A DNA stretch of 64,000 nt from Nitrospirota bacterium (GCA_040758355.1 JBFLWF010000006.1:32001-96000), one strand, 5' to 3'; shown: positions 44,417-55,714, counted from the first letter of the stretch. Notes: generated by a model not told the origin, from the sequence alone. Numbers and translations: made by a program.

Positions 44417-46567
44417 ATGGACAAGAATATAGGACTTTATATATGCACAGGATGCTCCATAGGAGAATCCATTGATGTAGAAAAATCAATCAATATCGCA
44501 AAAAATGCCTTAAGGGTTCCGATAGTTAAGTCCCATTTTGCCCTGTGCGGCAAGGAAGGCATAGAGCTTATAAACAACGATATCAAGAATGAAGGCGTTA
44601 ACACAGTAGTTATTGCTGCATGCTCTCAGAGGGTCAAATACGAGGAGTTTGACTTCCCAGGATGCATTGTCGAAAGGGCGCCTTTGAGGGAGCTTGCTGT
44701 ATGGACTCAGGACGGCAAAGAGAATGCGCAGCTTGCAGCAGAAGACTATGTTAAGATGCATGTAATCAAGGCACAGAAGGGAGACCTACCAGAGCCTTAT
44801 ATGATGGAGACTGTGAAAACCATTCTCGTTATCGGAGGCGGTATCACAGGAATGACAGCAGCACTTCAGGCAGCAGATGCAGGCTACAATGTTTCCCTCG
44901 TTGAAAAAGAACCCCAGTTAGGCGGGTTTGCCAATAAATTATACAAGGTTGTTCCAACTGCTCCTGGCGAATACAGCGAGCCACTTATTGTTGATCCTGA
45001 CATAGACAAGACAATCAAGGCAGTGGAAAGTCATCCGAATATAAAGGTTTACAAATCATCAAAGGTCGAAAAGACAGACGGCCAGCCGGGTGCATACGAT
45101 GTTACCATATCTTCAAACGGCAGTTCCGAGGTCGTAAAGATCGGCACAATTGTCCTTGCAGCAGGCTGGAGGCCTTACGATGCCGCAAAGCTCGAACATC
45201 TTGGCTATGGTGTTTCAAAGGATGTTGTCACCAATATAGAGCTTGAGGAAATTGCTAAGAAGAACAACGGCAAGATACTAAGGCCATCGGACGGCAAAGA
45301 GGCAAAGAAGGTAGCCTTTATACAGTGCGCAGGACAGAGGGATCCGAATCATCTGCCCTACTGCTCAGCAATGTGCTGTACAACATCATTAAAGCAGGCA
45401 AAATATGTAGCACAGAATTCCGATGCAACAGCAATGATTCTCTATAAAGATATCAGAACACCCGGAAGGCTTGAGTATTACTACAAGGCTGCACAGAACG
45501 ACCCCGGCGTAATGATGACAAAGGGAGATGTAACAGGAGTTGCTGACGCTGGAAACGGAAATCTCCATGTGGAGATGGAAAACAGCCTGCTCGGGCAGAA
45601 GGTAAAGATCGAGGCAGACCTTGTTGTCTTGGCAACAGGCGTTGTCCCAGCAACAGTGGATGACCCTATACTGAATCTCCAGTACAGACAGGGTCCCGGC
45701 CTTCCAGACCTTGAACTCTACGATGGATTTGCAGACTCCAACTTCATCTGCTTCCAGTATGAAACAAGGAGAACAGGCGTCTACGCAGCAGGCTGCGTAA
45801 GACAGCCCATGAATATGTCAGAGGCACAGGAGGATGCAACAGGCGCAGCACTCAAGGCAATACAGGCTGCAGAGCATGTGGCCAAAGGCATTGCTGTTCA
45901 TCCGAGGGCATGGGATATGACCTATCCTGATCCGTTCATGCAGAGGTGTACAGCATGTAAGAGGTGTACAGAGGAGTGCCCGTTCGGCGCAATAGATGAA
46001 GACGAAAAGGGAACACCGTTCTATAAGCCGGGCAGGTGCAGAAGGTGTGCAACATGTATGGGTGCATGTCCTGAAAGAATCGTTTCATTCAAAGATTATC
46101 ATGTGGATATGATAGGCTCGATGATGAAGAATGTCTCTGTCCCTTCAGAGGACGACAAGCCGAGGATAATTGTCCTTGCATGCGAAAACGACGCATATCC
46201 TGCAATCGATACAGCGGCATTAAAACAGATGAAGATAGACTCAGCAGTGAGGTTTATACAGCTCAGATGTCTTGGTTCGACAAACCTCGTATGGGTTGCA
46301 GACGCCCTCTCAAGGGGAATCGACGGAATGCTCCTTTTAGGCTGCAAGTTCGGTGAGAATTATCAGTGCCACTTTGCAAAGGGCAGCGAGCTCGCAAACT
46401 ACAGGCTCGGAAAGGTTCAGGAAACACTCGGCAGGCTTCAGCTCGAATCCGAAAGGGTTCAGATGATCCAGCTTGCAATAGACGAGTATGACAATATACC
46501 GAAGATTATCGGCGACTTTGTAGAAAGGGTCAAAGAAATAGGACCCAACCCATTCAAAGGATTTTAG
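44417..46567 (+). CDS. qmoB: QmoB (HdrA-MvhD fusion)
   Basis: FAD domain, 2x[4Fe-4S], C-terminal CENDAYPA..RCLGS..GCK.G..YQCHF. Confidence 0.95.
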   Translation: MDKNIGLYICTGCSIGESIDVEKSINIAKNALRVPIVKSHFALCGKEGIELINNDIKNEGVNTVVIAACSQRVKYEEFDFPGCIVERAPLRELAVWTQDGKENAQLAAEDYVKMHVIKAQKGDLPEPYMMETVKTILVIGGGITGMTAALQAADAGYNVSLVEKEPQLGGFANKLYKVVPTAPGEYSEPLIVDPDIDKTIKAVESHPNIKVYKSSKVEKTDGQPGAYDVTISSNGSSEVVKIGTIVLAAGWRPYDAAKLEHLGYGVSKDVVTNIELEEIAKKNNGKILRPSDGKEAKKVAFIQCAGQRDPNHLPYCSAMCCTTSLKQAKYVAQNSDATAMILYKDIRTPGRLEYYYKAAQNDPGVMMTKGDVTGVADAGNGNLHVEMENSLLGQKVKIEADLVVLATGVVPATVDDPILNLQYRQGPGLPDLELYDGFADSNFICFQYETRRTGVYAAGCVRQPMNMSEAQEDATGAALKAIQAAEHVAKGIAVHPRAWDMTYPDPFMQRCTACKRCTEECPFGAIDEDEKGTPFYKPGRCRRCATCMGACPERIVSFKDYHVDMIGSMMKNVSVPSEDDKPRIIVLACENDAYPAIDTAALKQMKIDSAVRFIQLRCLGSTNLVWVADALSRGIDGMLLLGCKFGENYQCHFAKGSELANYRLGKVQETLGRLQLESERVQMIQLAIDEYDNIPKIIGDFVERVKEIGPNPFKGF

Positions 46568-46641
46568 TGCAAAATCCGAAACCCGAATTTCGAAATTCGA
46601 ATTTTGGATTTAGAATTTGTTTATATAAGGAGGAAATATAG

Positions 46642-47772
46642 ATGGCAGAACAGATAATGACACAGGTAATAAGTCCGGATTTAAAATTTGTTAAAGATAT
46701 CCTGGCCTCTGGAGGCGAGGATTTAAAGAAGTGCTACCAGTGCTCAACCTGCACTGTTGTTTGCAATGTAACACCCGACAATAAACCATTCCCGAGAAAA
46801 GAGATGATGTACGCACAGTGGGGAATGAAGGACAAACTCATAAGCAATCCAGACATCTGGTTGTGCCACCAGTGCAGCGACTGCACAGCCAATTGCCCGA
46901 GGGGAGCAAAACCGGGAGAGGTGATCGGTGCGGTAAGGAAGCTTGCAATCCAGCATTATTCGCCGACCCCTCTGTCTAAGATGGTGGGCGACCCGAAGTA
47001 TCTCTTGATACTCTTTGCCATACCTGTTTTGCTGTTCCTCTCTTATATAGTGCCGAAAGGCTATCTCGATTTTTCCGCCATTCCGAGGGGTGAAGACGGC
47101 GGCATAGTATATTCCAAATTTATGCCTGTATTCCCGCAGATAGATGTAACATTTGGGGCGGCTGCATTTTTTGCTGCGGTCTGCTTTGTGCTCGGTATAA
47201 AGAAATATTGGTCAGAGATGAGTGCAGGAGTGGGGGCTCAGGGCAATCTGGCAGACAGCATAAAGACGACAATTACCGAGATACTTGCCCACAAGAGATT
47301 CGAAAAGTGTAATGTAACAAAAGACAGAAAGACCGCACACCTTCTGGTGTTCTATGCATTTATCGGTCTTGCAATAACAACAACATTGGCAATTGTTTAT
47401 CTTTACGGATTCCATTACGAATCTCCATATCCTTTATACGACCCTCTTAAGCTCATTGGAAATATAAGCGCCCTCGCACTGCTCTATGGAATAACCCTTG
47501 TAACCGGCAATAGATTAAAGAATGCAGAGAAGGCAGGAAAGGGAAGCTACTTTGACTGGCTTTTTATCACGGTTGTATATGGCATCGTGGTTACAGGTAT
47601 ACTTGCCGAACTTTTAAGGCTCGCAAACATAGCCATACTCGCATATCCTACATACTTTGCGCATCTGGTATTTGTCTTCTTCCTGTTTGCATACGCACCA
47701 TTCTCTAAGATGGCGCATATGGTTTACAGGGCGACTGCAATGGTATATGCAAGACATACAAAGAGAGACTGA
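46642..47772 (+). CDS. qmoC: QmoC (HdrC-like plus membrane cytochrome b)
   Basis: CYQCSTC..VC, CHQCSDC...CPRG, TM helices, PFSK.AH..YR. Confidence 0.95.
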   Translation: MAEQIMTQVISPDLKFVKDILASGGEDLKKCYQCSTCTVVCNVTPDNKPFPRKEMMYAQWGMKDKLISNPDIWLCHQCSDCTANCPRGAKPGEVIGAVRKLAIQHYSPTPLSKMVGDPKYLLILFAIPVLLFLSYIVPKGYLDFSAIPRGEDGGIVYSKFMPVFPQIDVTFGAAAFFAAVCFVLGIKKYWSEMSAGVGAQGNLADSIKTTITEILAHKRFEKCNVTKDRKTAHLLVFYAFIGLAITTTLAIVYLYGFHYESPYPLYDPLKLIGNISALALLYGITLVTGNRLKNAEKAGKGSYFDWLFITVVYGIVVTGILAELLRLANIAILAYPTYFAHLVFVFFLFAYAPFSKMAHMVYRATAMVYARHTKRD

Positions 47773-47903
47773 GGCAATAAAGGCCATAAATTATTTTAAG
47801 TCTAAGATTGTAAGGAGGTGAAAGAGACTTCAAGGCTAAAGGTCAGGGACAAAGAAGTGTTAGTTGTAAAAACCAAATTTTATAGAAGGAGGAGAGGGAA
47901 GAA

Positions 47904-49940
47904 ATGAGTTCAATAATTCTCTTTGCCCTTGTTTGCGGCGCACTGGGAGTAGCATATGCCCTGATGACCGCAGCATGGGTCACAAAGCAGGACAGTGGAA
48001 CAGACCGCATGAGAGAGATTTCCGATGCGGTCAAAGAAGGTGCAACAGCATTCCTCAGAAGGGAGTACAAGACAGTTGCTATAGTCGGAGTCATTCTTGC
48101 GGTTGTATTGCTCTATCTCGGCGTATGGACATCGATCGGATTTGTTATCGGTGCAGTTGGTTCAGCTCTTGCCGGCTATATCGGCATGATGGTCACAGTC
48201 AGGGCAAATGTCAGGACAACAGAGGCTGCAAAGAAGGGAATTCAGGCAGCATTGACCGTGGCATTTAAGGGCGGTGCAGTTACAGGAATCATGGTTGTCG
48301 GCCTTGGATTGCTCGGTATTGCAGGATACTATCTTGTAGCAAAACAGGCAGCAGGCGAAGAGGCATTTCATGCGCTCATAGGACTCGGATTTGGATGCTC
48401 CCTCATGAGCGTCTTTGCCCGTATAGCAGGCGGTATTTACACAAAGGCCGCTGACGTGGGCGCAGACCTTGTGGGCAAGGTCGAGGCAGGAATTCCAGAG
48501 GACGATCCGAGAAACCCTGCAGTTATCGCAGACAACGTTGGCGACAACGTTGGTGACTGCGCAGGAATGGCAGCAGACCTCTATGAGACATACACAGTTA
48601 CACTCGTTGCAGCAATGCTCCTTGCAAAGACAGTCTTTGGAGCGCAGAGCATGTGGGTTGAATTCCCGCTCCTTATCGGCGGCATCTCGATTGTTGCATC
48701 GATTATAGGAACATATTTTGTTAAGCTTGGAAAGAGCCAGTACATCATGGGTGCACTTTACAAAGGCCTTGCAGTATCAGGCATACTCGCTGCAATAGCC
48801 TTCTACTTTGCATCACAGTGGTTCCTTGGTATTCCGGGCGTTGAGCAGGCATTCACAGCAACAGGCGTATTCACGACAGCACTTATCGGACTCATACTCA
48901 CAGGCCTGATTGTTATGATCACAGAGTACTTCACATCCAAGAGCTTTAATCCTGTTAAACACATAGCAGCAGCAAGCCAGACAGGACATGGAACAAACGT
49001 TATCGCGGGTCTTGCTGTGAGCATGAAGTCAACAGGTCTTCCGGCACTTGTCATCTCCGGCGCCATTTTGTGGGCATACTCCCTCGGCGGCGGATTTGCA
49101 GGCAATGCCGGCGGCGGGCTTTTTGCAATAGCACTCTCAGCAGTTGCAATGCTCTCGATGACAGGTATTGTTGTTGCAATCGACTCATACGGGCCGATAA
49201 CAGACAATGCCGGTGGCATAGCTGAAATGGCTGAGCTTCCTGACAGCGTCAGGGCAGTTACAGACCCCCTCGATGCAGTGGGTAATACAACAAAGGCAGT
49301 TACAAAGGGATATGCAATAGGCTCGGCAGGTCTTGCAGCACTGGTTCTCTTTGCAGAATACTCAAGGTCATTCGGCGAGGCAATTGCATTCGACCTTTCA
49401 AACCCTAAGATCATCGTAGGACTCTTCATCGGTGGTCTCCTGCCGTACTTCTTCGGCGCTCTCCTCATGGAGGCTGTTGGAAAGGCTGCTGGAGGAGTTG
49501 TTGAAGAGGTGAGAAGGCAGTTCAGGGAAATCCCGGGAATCATGGAAGGGAAGGCAAAGCCCGAGTACGGAACATGCGTTGACATAGTTACAAAGGGCGC
49601 AATCAGACAGATGATGGTTCCTGCCCTTATTCCTGTTGCAGCGCCAATTTTAGTTGGTCTTCTTCTCGGCAAAGAGGCCCTCGGCGGTGTGCTCATCGGC
49701 AGCATTATCACCGGTCTCTTCCAGGCAATCGCAATGACAAGCGGCGGCGGTGCATGGGACAATGCAAAGAAGTTTATAGAAGACGGTGCTTACGGCGGAA
49801 AGAAATCCGATGCGCACAAGGCAGCAGTCACGGGTGATACAGTCGGCGATCCTTACAAGGATACAGCAGGACCTGCAATCAACCCGATGATCAAGGTCGT
49901 AAATATCGTGGCACTGCTTATAGTTCCGCTGATAAAATAG
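47904..49940 (+). CDS. hppA: Membrane H+-translocating pyrophosphatase, K+-independent type
   Basis: [26 protein letters not shown] (Lys determinant). Confidence 0.95.
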   Translation: MSSIILFALVCGALGVAYALMTAAWVTKQDSGTDRMREISDAVKEGATAFLRREYKTVAIVGVILAVVLLYLGVWTSIGFVIGAVGSALAGYIGMMVTVRANVRTTEAAKKGIQAALTVAFKGGAVTGIMVVGLGLLGIAGYYLVAKQAAGEEAFHALIGLGFGCSLMSVFARIAGGIYTKAADVGADLVGKVEAGIPEDDPRNPAVIADNVGDNVGDCAGMAADLYETYTVTLVAAMLLAKTVFGAQSMWVEFPLLIGGISIVASIIGTYFVKLGKSQYIMGALYKGLAVSGILAAIAFYFASQWFLGIPGVEQAFTATGVFTTALIGLILTGLIVMITEYFTSKSFNPVKHIAAASQTGHGTNVIAGLAVSMKSTGLPALVISGAILWAYSLGGGFAGNAGGGLFAIALSAVAMLSMTGIVVAIDSYGPITDNAGGIAEMAELPDSVRAVTDPLDAVGNTTKAVTKGYAIGSAGLAALVLFAEYSRSFGEAIAFDLSNPKIIVGLFIGGLLPYFFGALLMEAVGKAAGGVVEEVRRQFREIPGIMEGKAKPEYGTCVDIVTKGAIRQMMVPALIPVAAPILVGLLLGKEALGGVLIGSIITGLFQAIAMTSGGGAWDNAKKFIEDGAYGGKKSDAHKAAVTGDTVGDPYKDTAGPAINPMIKVVNIVALLIVPLIK

Positions 49941-49953
49941 TCTTAAGAAAATC

Positions 49954-49988
49954 AAAGGCCGACAGAGTTTCCTCTGTCGGCCTTTTTT
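49954..49988 (+). terminator. Rho-independent terminator
   Basis: GGCCGACAGAG-TTTC-CTCTGTCGGCC-TTTTTT. Confidence 0.92.
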
Positions 49989-50031
49989 ATTGTTTAAAAA
50001 CAGAAACACCTTATCAACAGACCATCCTTCA

Positions 50032-50075
50032 AATTATGGAATTCGTTCCATAATTATGGAATAGATTCCATAATT
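50032..50075. promoter_or_regulatory. Tandem palindromic operator/enhancer
   Basis: AATTATGGAA-N4-TTCCATAATT twice, with a 20-bp period. Confidence 0.7.
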
Positions 50076-50143
50076 AATTGTATCCGTAGAATGCTCCCAG
50101 AAAAAAACACTTGCAAAACAAAGGGATTTATTATGTCAGGATG

Positions 50144-50159
50144 TGGTATCAGTTTTGCT
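50144..50159 (+). promoter_or_regulatory. Sigma-54 promoter
   Basis: TGGTAT-CAGTT-TTGCT. Confidence 0.7.
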
Positions 50160-50241
50160 AAAAATAAATAATGTTCTTAACGATTCTCAAAGAAGTATAA
50201 AAATATATTTTCAAAACTATCAAAAGGAGATAAAATCTGAC

Positions 50242-50610
50242 ATGGACAATAAAAAGATCCTTGTGGTGGAGGATAATGAGAAAAACCGGGTATTGGTAAG
50301 GGATATCCTGCGGTACTACGGCTATGATGTTATAGAGGCAATAGACGGCGAGAAAGGAATAAAAATGGCAAAGGAGCAGAGTCCTGACCTGATACTTATG
50401 GACATGCAGATGCCTGTCATGGATGGATTTAATGCAATAAAGATGCTTAAAAACGACCCTGACACCAAGCACATAAAGATAATTGCAGTGACATCCTATG
50501 CAATGAAGGGTGACAGGGAGAGGATTATCAAGGCAGGGGCGGATGATTATATGGCGAAACCTTTAGATACCAGGGAATTGCCGCGGATAATACAAAGGCT
50601 CTTGTTCTGA
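50242..50610 (+). CDS. Single-domain response regulator (DivK-like)
   Basis: LVVEDN, DMQMP.MDG, T.YAM.GD.E; ATG 50242. Confidence 0.9.
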   Translation: MDNKKILVVEDNEKNRVLVRDILRYYGYDVIEAIDGEKGIKMAKEQSPDLILMDMQMPVMDGFNAIKMLKNDPDTKHIKIIAVTSYAMKGDRERIIKAGADDYMAKPLDTRELPRIIQRLLF

Positions 50611-50621
50611 CAAAGAACACC

Positions 50622-51463
50622 ATGGTTACACCGGGCATGGATATCGACAGAAAGACCGACAACCTCCACGCCCTCCTTGAGTATGTCAGGGAGTTGAGGG
50701 CAATAGATTTCAATGCTCACAGGCCGGGCACAATAAGGCGGCGCCTCCATCTCAGGCTTTCCGCAACAGGGATGCCGGATTATGCCTCCTACCATAAATA
50801 TCTCATGGAAAACCCGGGAGAGATTGATCCCTTATAGATTCCCTTACCATAAAGGTAAGTTATTTCTTCAGGAACCCTTTTGTATTTGAGGCCCTCCATG
50901 AATTCGTCCTTCCCGAGATCCTGGATGCTTTTAAGGATGATACCTTAAGGATATGGTGTGCAGGGTGTGCGAGGGGGGAAGAGCCTTATTCTATTGCCAT
51001 ACTTCTTAAGGAGTTTATTAAAAAAGAGGAGTTGTCTCCAAAGATATTCATTATAGGCACAGATATAGACAGGCAGGCACTGAAAGATGCAGGGGAGGCT
51101 ATATACAGCGCCGAATCACTTTCAGAGATTAAGAAAGGTTACCTTGACAGATATTTCTCCCGTAAGGACGGTCTTTACAGGCTGAGCGAAGAAATCCGGT
51201 CAATGGTGACATTCGCCTATCATGATGTTGCAACCTTATCTACTCCAAAGGATGGTATATTTTCGGACTATCACCTCATATTTTGCCGGAATGTCCTCAT
51301 ATATTTTGAGAAGGACACCTGTAAGAATGTCTTAAACAGCCTTTCAGGTTTTATTTTAAAAAGCGGCTATCTTGCATTGGGAGAGGCTGAAGCCATGCCT
51401 TCGGAACTCATGGGCGAGTTCGAAGAGATGCTGCATAGGACAAAGCTGTTCAGGAGAGTTTAA
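50622..51463 (+). pseudogene. CheR-type methyltransferase with a 1-nt deletion near 50830
   Basis: Frame 1 ends GEIDPL*. The shifted frame continues LIDSLTIKVSYFFRN...IWCAGCARGEEPYSIA...IFCRNVLIYF. Confidence 0.85.
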
Positions 51464-54183
51464 TGAAGGAGTGGATATTAAAAAAGAGGCGGAGGGTTAT
51501 TTTTTCAGGACTCCTTATTGTTGCCATACCACTTTTGAGTCTCGCTTTATTCGTTCATTTTAAAGTAACTGCAACCCTCGAAGAAAGAATAATAAGGGAA
51601 AATAAAGGGCTTGCTACAATTGCTGCCCACAGTATAGAGGAGAGGCTGAAGAGCGATATAGAGTTGGGCAGGGCATATGCAACAAGGCCGTATCTTTTGG
51701 CAGGAGTAAAGAGGGGCGACAAGAAGGAAATGGACAGGCACCTTAAGATTCTCATAGATAACTCCCACACCATAGAGCGTGCATTCATAACAGATCCCAA
51801 AGGCGTTCAGCTTTCCAATTATCCTTATACACCGGAGACAATAGGCAAGGATTTTTCTGCCAGGGACTGGTATAAAGGGGTATCCAAAAACTGGACTTCC
51901 TACGTCTCGGAGTTTTATATGAGGATGGCACAGCCCCAGAGGTACCTTTTCTCAATAGCAGTCCCCATGAGATTGGAGGGAGGCATTATAGGAATACTCG
52001 TATTGCAGCCTAAGGATGATTATATAAAGTACGCCATAGGCAGAATAGATAACTGGAAGGGCAGGATATATGTGGTGGATAAGAAAGGCAATCTTGTCTA
52101 CCACTCGCAGCATGCCGTGGACAGGATTATAAATCTCTACAGTATTTCTGCAGTACAAAAGGTGATAAAGGGTCTCGAAGGAGTTGAAAGAATATTGGAC
52201 CCTCAGAGCAAAGAGCCTATAATTTCAGCATATCATCCCCTTGCTGAATTCGGCTGGGGTATTGTTGCTGAAAAGCCAGAGGCTGTTGCTCTTGCCCCTG
52301 TTAAAAAGGTGACCTTCTATCTCATTGCTGTTACCGGGCTGATGCTATCCATCGGAGGATTTTTTGCCTACAAAGGGGCCGAGCTTCTAATTTCTTCACA
52401 ACGCCTGACAGATGAGCTTAAAAACAGGGAAATATCCGAGAAGGTATACACGGATTTCCTTGTCCTCCTTAACAGGCAGTTTTCGAGCATCGATGAATTA
52501 TGCGATGCATCCCTCAAAAAATTGAGCGAGCACGCATACATGGACGCAGGAATATTTTATGTCCTCGAAGAAAGAAAACTCATTCCTTATGCCAGTTTTG
52601 CAGTTCAGAAGCCTGAGACGATCGGCGGGCTTTCCTATGAATGCATAACTCAGAAAAGAATACTCGGGCTTAAAGATATTCCGTCTGATACATACCTGAA
52701 AGTAAATACAGGCATGGGCATCTTACTGCCCAGGGACATCATCGCCATTCCTTTAATTTATAAGGGTGAGCCTGTAGCTGCGCTTGAATTGGCTTCTTTA
52801 AAGGGTTTTGAGGAAAGGAATATTGCCAACCTCGAACGGATGGCATCACAGTTGGCTATAGGTGCGCAAACAATCAAGGATCATCTTGCCCTGAAGTCAC
52901 TTTCAGAGGAACTTTCCCGCTCCAACGAGGAGCTTCAGGCAATGAACGAAGAACTCCAGTCGATGAATGAAGAGGTTCATGCAATGAACGAAGAGCTTCA
53001 GGCACAGCAAAAAGAGCTTATGGAGGCCAATTTCAAGCTTGCCGAGGCATCAAAGGCAAAGTCAGACTTCCTTGCAAATATGAGCCATGAATTAAGGACA
53101 CCACTTAACTCTATCCTCGGCTTTTCGGAGATACTCACGGATGAGCTTTACGGAAAACTCAATGAAAAGCAGCAGGAGTATGTAAAGGATATTCATAGCA
53201 GCGGCAAGCATCTGCTTAATCTCATCAATGATATCCTCGATCTCTCCAAGGTCGAATCCGGCAAGATGGAGCTTGAGCCATGCAGTTTTCCCTTAAGAGA
53301 TGTTCTCAATGCATCAATTGCAATGCTCAAGGAAAAGGCAATCAAGCACAACATAAAACTGGGCCTCGAAATAGAACCCGAAGCCGATACCGTTATCGAG
53401 GCTGATGAGAGGAAGCTGAAGCAGATAATGTTTAACCTTTTGAGCAATGCGGTAAAGTTCACGCAGGACGGAGGAAGTGTAAGCGTGCAAGCGCGGAAAG
53501 TCGGCAGTCAGCACGAAACGGATTTTATTGAAATATCTGTTATCGACACAGGTATCGGAATAAAAAGCGAGGATGTGCCGAGGCTCTTCAAGGAGTTCAC
53601 ACAACTTGAATCGCCATATGACAAGCGTTACGAAGGTACAGGCCTCGGGCTTGCCCTGACAAGAAGGCTTGTGGAGCTTCACGGAGGAAAGACATGGGTC
53701 GAAAGCGAATTCGGCAAGGGAAGTAAATTCACATTCGCCATACCAGTTAAACAGCCTGTCAAGCCCGAGATTGTCCTAACTGCACAGGATATGCATGAAA
53801 AGAAAAAACCAGCAGACAGGCGTATACTCGTTATCGAGGACGATCCCAAAACACTGGATATTGTGGAGAAGGCGCTTGCTGCCGGAGGGTATAGCATTGT
53901 CAAAACATCCAGTGGAAGTGAGGGACTGGAGGCTGTAAAGAGGGATTTGCCAGACCTTATAGTGCTTGACCTTATGATGCCGGACATGAGCGGTTTTGAT
54001 GTGGCCGATATTTTGAGCATGGACAAGAAGACAGCAGATATTCCAATAATTGTTTTAACGGCAATGGACCTTTCATTCGATGATAAAAAGAGGATCGAGG
54101 GCAAGGTAAGACATATATATGAAAAGGGAGGACTTACGAGGGAAATGTTTATGGATAAAGTTAAAAGGGTGCTGGAGAAATAG
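51463..54183 (+). CDS. Hybrid sensor kinase (Cache-GAF-coiled coil-HisKA-HATPase-REC)
   Basis: RDWY Cache motif, NEELQ repeats, MSHELRTPL, GTGLGL, C-terminal REC. Confidence 0.92.
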   Translation: MKEWILKKRRRVIFSGLLIVAIPLLSLALFVHFKVTATLEERIIRENKGLATIAAHSIEERLKSDIELGRAYATRPYLLAGVKRGDKKEMDRHLKILIDNSHTIERAFITDPKGVQLSNYPYTPETIGKDFSARDWYKGVSKNWTSYVSEFYMRMAQPQRYLFSIAVPMRLEGGIIGILVLQPKDDYIKYAIGRIDNWKGRIYVVDKKGNLVYHSQHAVDRIINLYSISAVQKVIKGLEGVERILDPQSKEPIISAYHPLAEFGWGIVAEKPEAVALAPVKKVTFYLIAVTGLMLSIGGFFAYKGAELLISSQRLTDELKNREISEKVYTDFLVLLNRQFSSIDELCDASLKKLSEHAYMDAGIFYVLEERKLIPYASFAVQKPETIGGLSYECITQKRILGLKDIPSDTYLKVNTGMGILLPRDIIAIPLIYKGEPVAALELASLKGFEERNIANLERMASQLAIGAQTIKDHLALKSLSEELSRSNEELQAMNEELQSMNEEVHAMNEELQAQQKELMEANFKLAEASKAKSDFLANMSHELRTPLNSILGFSEILTDELYGKLNEKQQEYVKDIHSSGKHLLNLINDILDLSKVESGKMELEPCSFPLRDVLNASIAMLKEKAIKHNIKLGLEIEPEADTVIEADERKLKQIMFNLLSNAVKFTQDGGSVSVQARKVGSQHETDFIEISVIDTGIGIKSEDVPRLFKEFTQLESPYDKRYEGTGLGLALTRRLVELHGGKTWVESEFGKGSKFTFAIPVKQPVKPEIVLTAQDMHEKKKPADRRILVIEDDPKTLDIVEKALAAGGYSIVKTSSGSEGLEAVKRDLPDLIVLDLMMPDMSGFDVADILSMDKKTADIPIIVLTAMDLSFDDKKRIEGKVRHIYEKGGLTREMFMDKVKRVLEK

Positions 54184-54196
54184 GCAGGGGGTCTTT

Positions 54197-55714
54197 ATGA
54201 ATACACAAAAGAGGATACTCTGTGTTGACGACGAGCCCGTGAATCTGAGTCTCCTTGAGGCATTGCTTAGGCCTAAGGGTTATGAGGTGATCACTGCATC
54301 AAACGGCAGGGAGGCACTTGAAAGGATTAGTGAGAAGGTGATAGATATTGTTCTTCTGGATGCCATGATGCCCGAGATGAACGGCTTCGATGCATGCAGA
54401 GCGATAAAGGAGGATGAAAGGTACAGGAATATTCCTGTTGTCATGATTACGGCATTGACGTCAAAGGAAGACAGGATTAAGAGCATAGAAGCAGGAGCTG
54501 AGGACTTTATCTCAAAGCCTTTTAATGTAGAAGAGGTTCTTGCGAGGGTAAAGATGCTTCTCAGGATGAAGGACCTCAATGACAGGCTGAATGATGCATA
54601 TAACAATATCAACAACCTCGCATCCTTTGGAGAGAAGATCGTAAAGACATTCAATCCCCTTAATTTCAATTTTATGGCCAAGATCGACAGTATTGTTAAT
54701 CTTGTTATCGGGCAGGACGATGAAATAGCAGAGAAACCCAGGATGGTCGTTGTCGGAATACCTTATGACATGGGCCGCTGGCAATGGAATCACTACGTGT
54801 CCGTTCCCGGTAAACTTCAGCGAGAACCTATTAAGTTAGACCTCCAGAATGAACTGCGCTTGCCTGTAAATAATTCAACAATAACTTTTTATAACTATAA
54901 CGACCTCGAAAACCGGGAGGTGGGGCAGATTGCTGCAAAAATGGAGTCTGCGGGGATACCTGTCTCTAACATGGTTTGTTATTTAAGCTGCGACCTTGTT
55001 GTCTTAGCCCTCAATTACGGAAGGGATGTTACCAATTACGATGCCGCTGTCTTAAAAAGCCTTGTTATCCAGAGCCTGTTCCTGAGATCGCTTTCATCGC
55101 AGATAAAAGAGGTGGAGGATGCATTTACATATACGGTCTATGCCCTTGCAAGGGCAGCCGAGGCAAATGACGAGGATACAGGGAACCACATATTAAGGGT
55201 TGGCGAGTATGCAGCGATTCTCTCAAGACATCTCGGAATGCCGGAAGAATTTATAAGCATAATAAGGCTTCAGGCACAGATGCACGACGTGGGAAAGATT
55301 CACATTCATCCAGACATCCTGAAAAAACCCGGCAAACTGGCCCCCGATGAATGGGAAAGCATGAAGGCACATACGATACACGGATCGATAATACTCGGTG
55401 AACATGTAAGGCTCACGATGGCAAAGGAGATAGCATTAGGGCACCACGAAAGATGGGATGGGAGCGGTTATCCTATTGGATTGCAGGGCGTGCAGATACC
55501 ACTTCCTGCAAGGATAACAACCATTGCAGACCAGTACGACGCACTAAGAAACCCACGTGTTTATAAACCGGCCTTTGACCATGAAACAACATGCAGGATA
55601 ATCACCGAAGGCGACGGCAGAACAATGCCTTACCACTTTGACCCTCAGGTGATTAAGGTGTTCAGGGAATCTGCCTCACAGTTCGAAGAAGTGTATGAGA
55701 AGTTAAGGGGATGA
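54197..55714 (+). CDS. REC + HD-GYP cyclic di-GMP phosphodiesterase
   Basis: HDVGK, HHERWDGSGYP; ATG 54197. Confidence 0.92.
   Translation: MNTQKRILCVDDEPVNLSLLEALLRPKGYEVITASNGREALERISEKVIDIVLLDAMMPEMNGFDACRAIKEDERYRNIPVVMITALTSKEDRIKSIEAGAEDFISKPFNVEEVLARVKMLLRMKDLNDRLNDAYNNINNLASFGEKIVKTFNPLNFNFMAKIDSIVNLVIGQDDEIAEKPRMVVVGIPYDMGRWQWNHYVSVPGKLQREPIKLDLQNELRLPVNNSTITFYNYNDLENREVGQIAAKMESAGIPVSNMVCYLSCDLVVLALNYGRDVTNYDAAVLKSLVIQSLFLRSLSSQIKEVEDAFTYTVYALARAAEANDEDTGNHILRVGEYAAILSRHLGMPEEFISIIRLQAQMHDVGKIHIHPDILKKPGKLAPDEWESMKAHTIHGSIILGEHVRLTMAKEIALGHHERWDGSGYPIGLQGVQIPLPARITTIADQYDALRNPRVYKPAFDHETTCRIITEGDGRTMPYHFDPQVIKVFRESASQFEEVYEKLRG

Noticed and set aside
47818..47907. 29-codon ORF overlapping the hppA start
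   Set aside because: Its GTG lies inside the SD itself; no other support.
48803..49762. 319-aa minus-strand ORF and similar antisense ORFs
   Set aside because: Shadow frames of well-supported genes, with no recognisable motifs.
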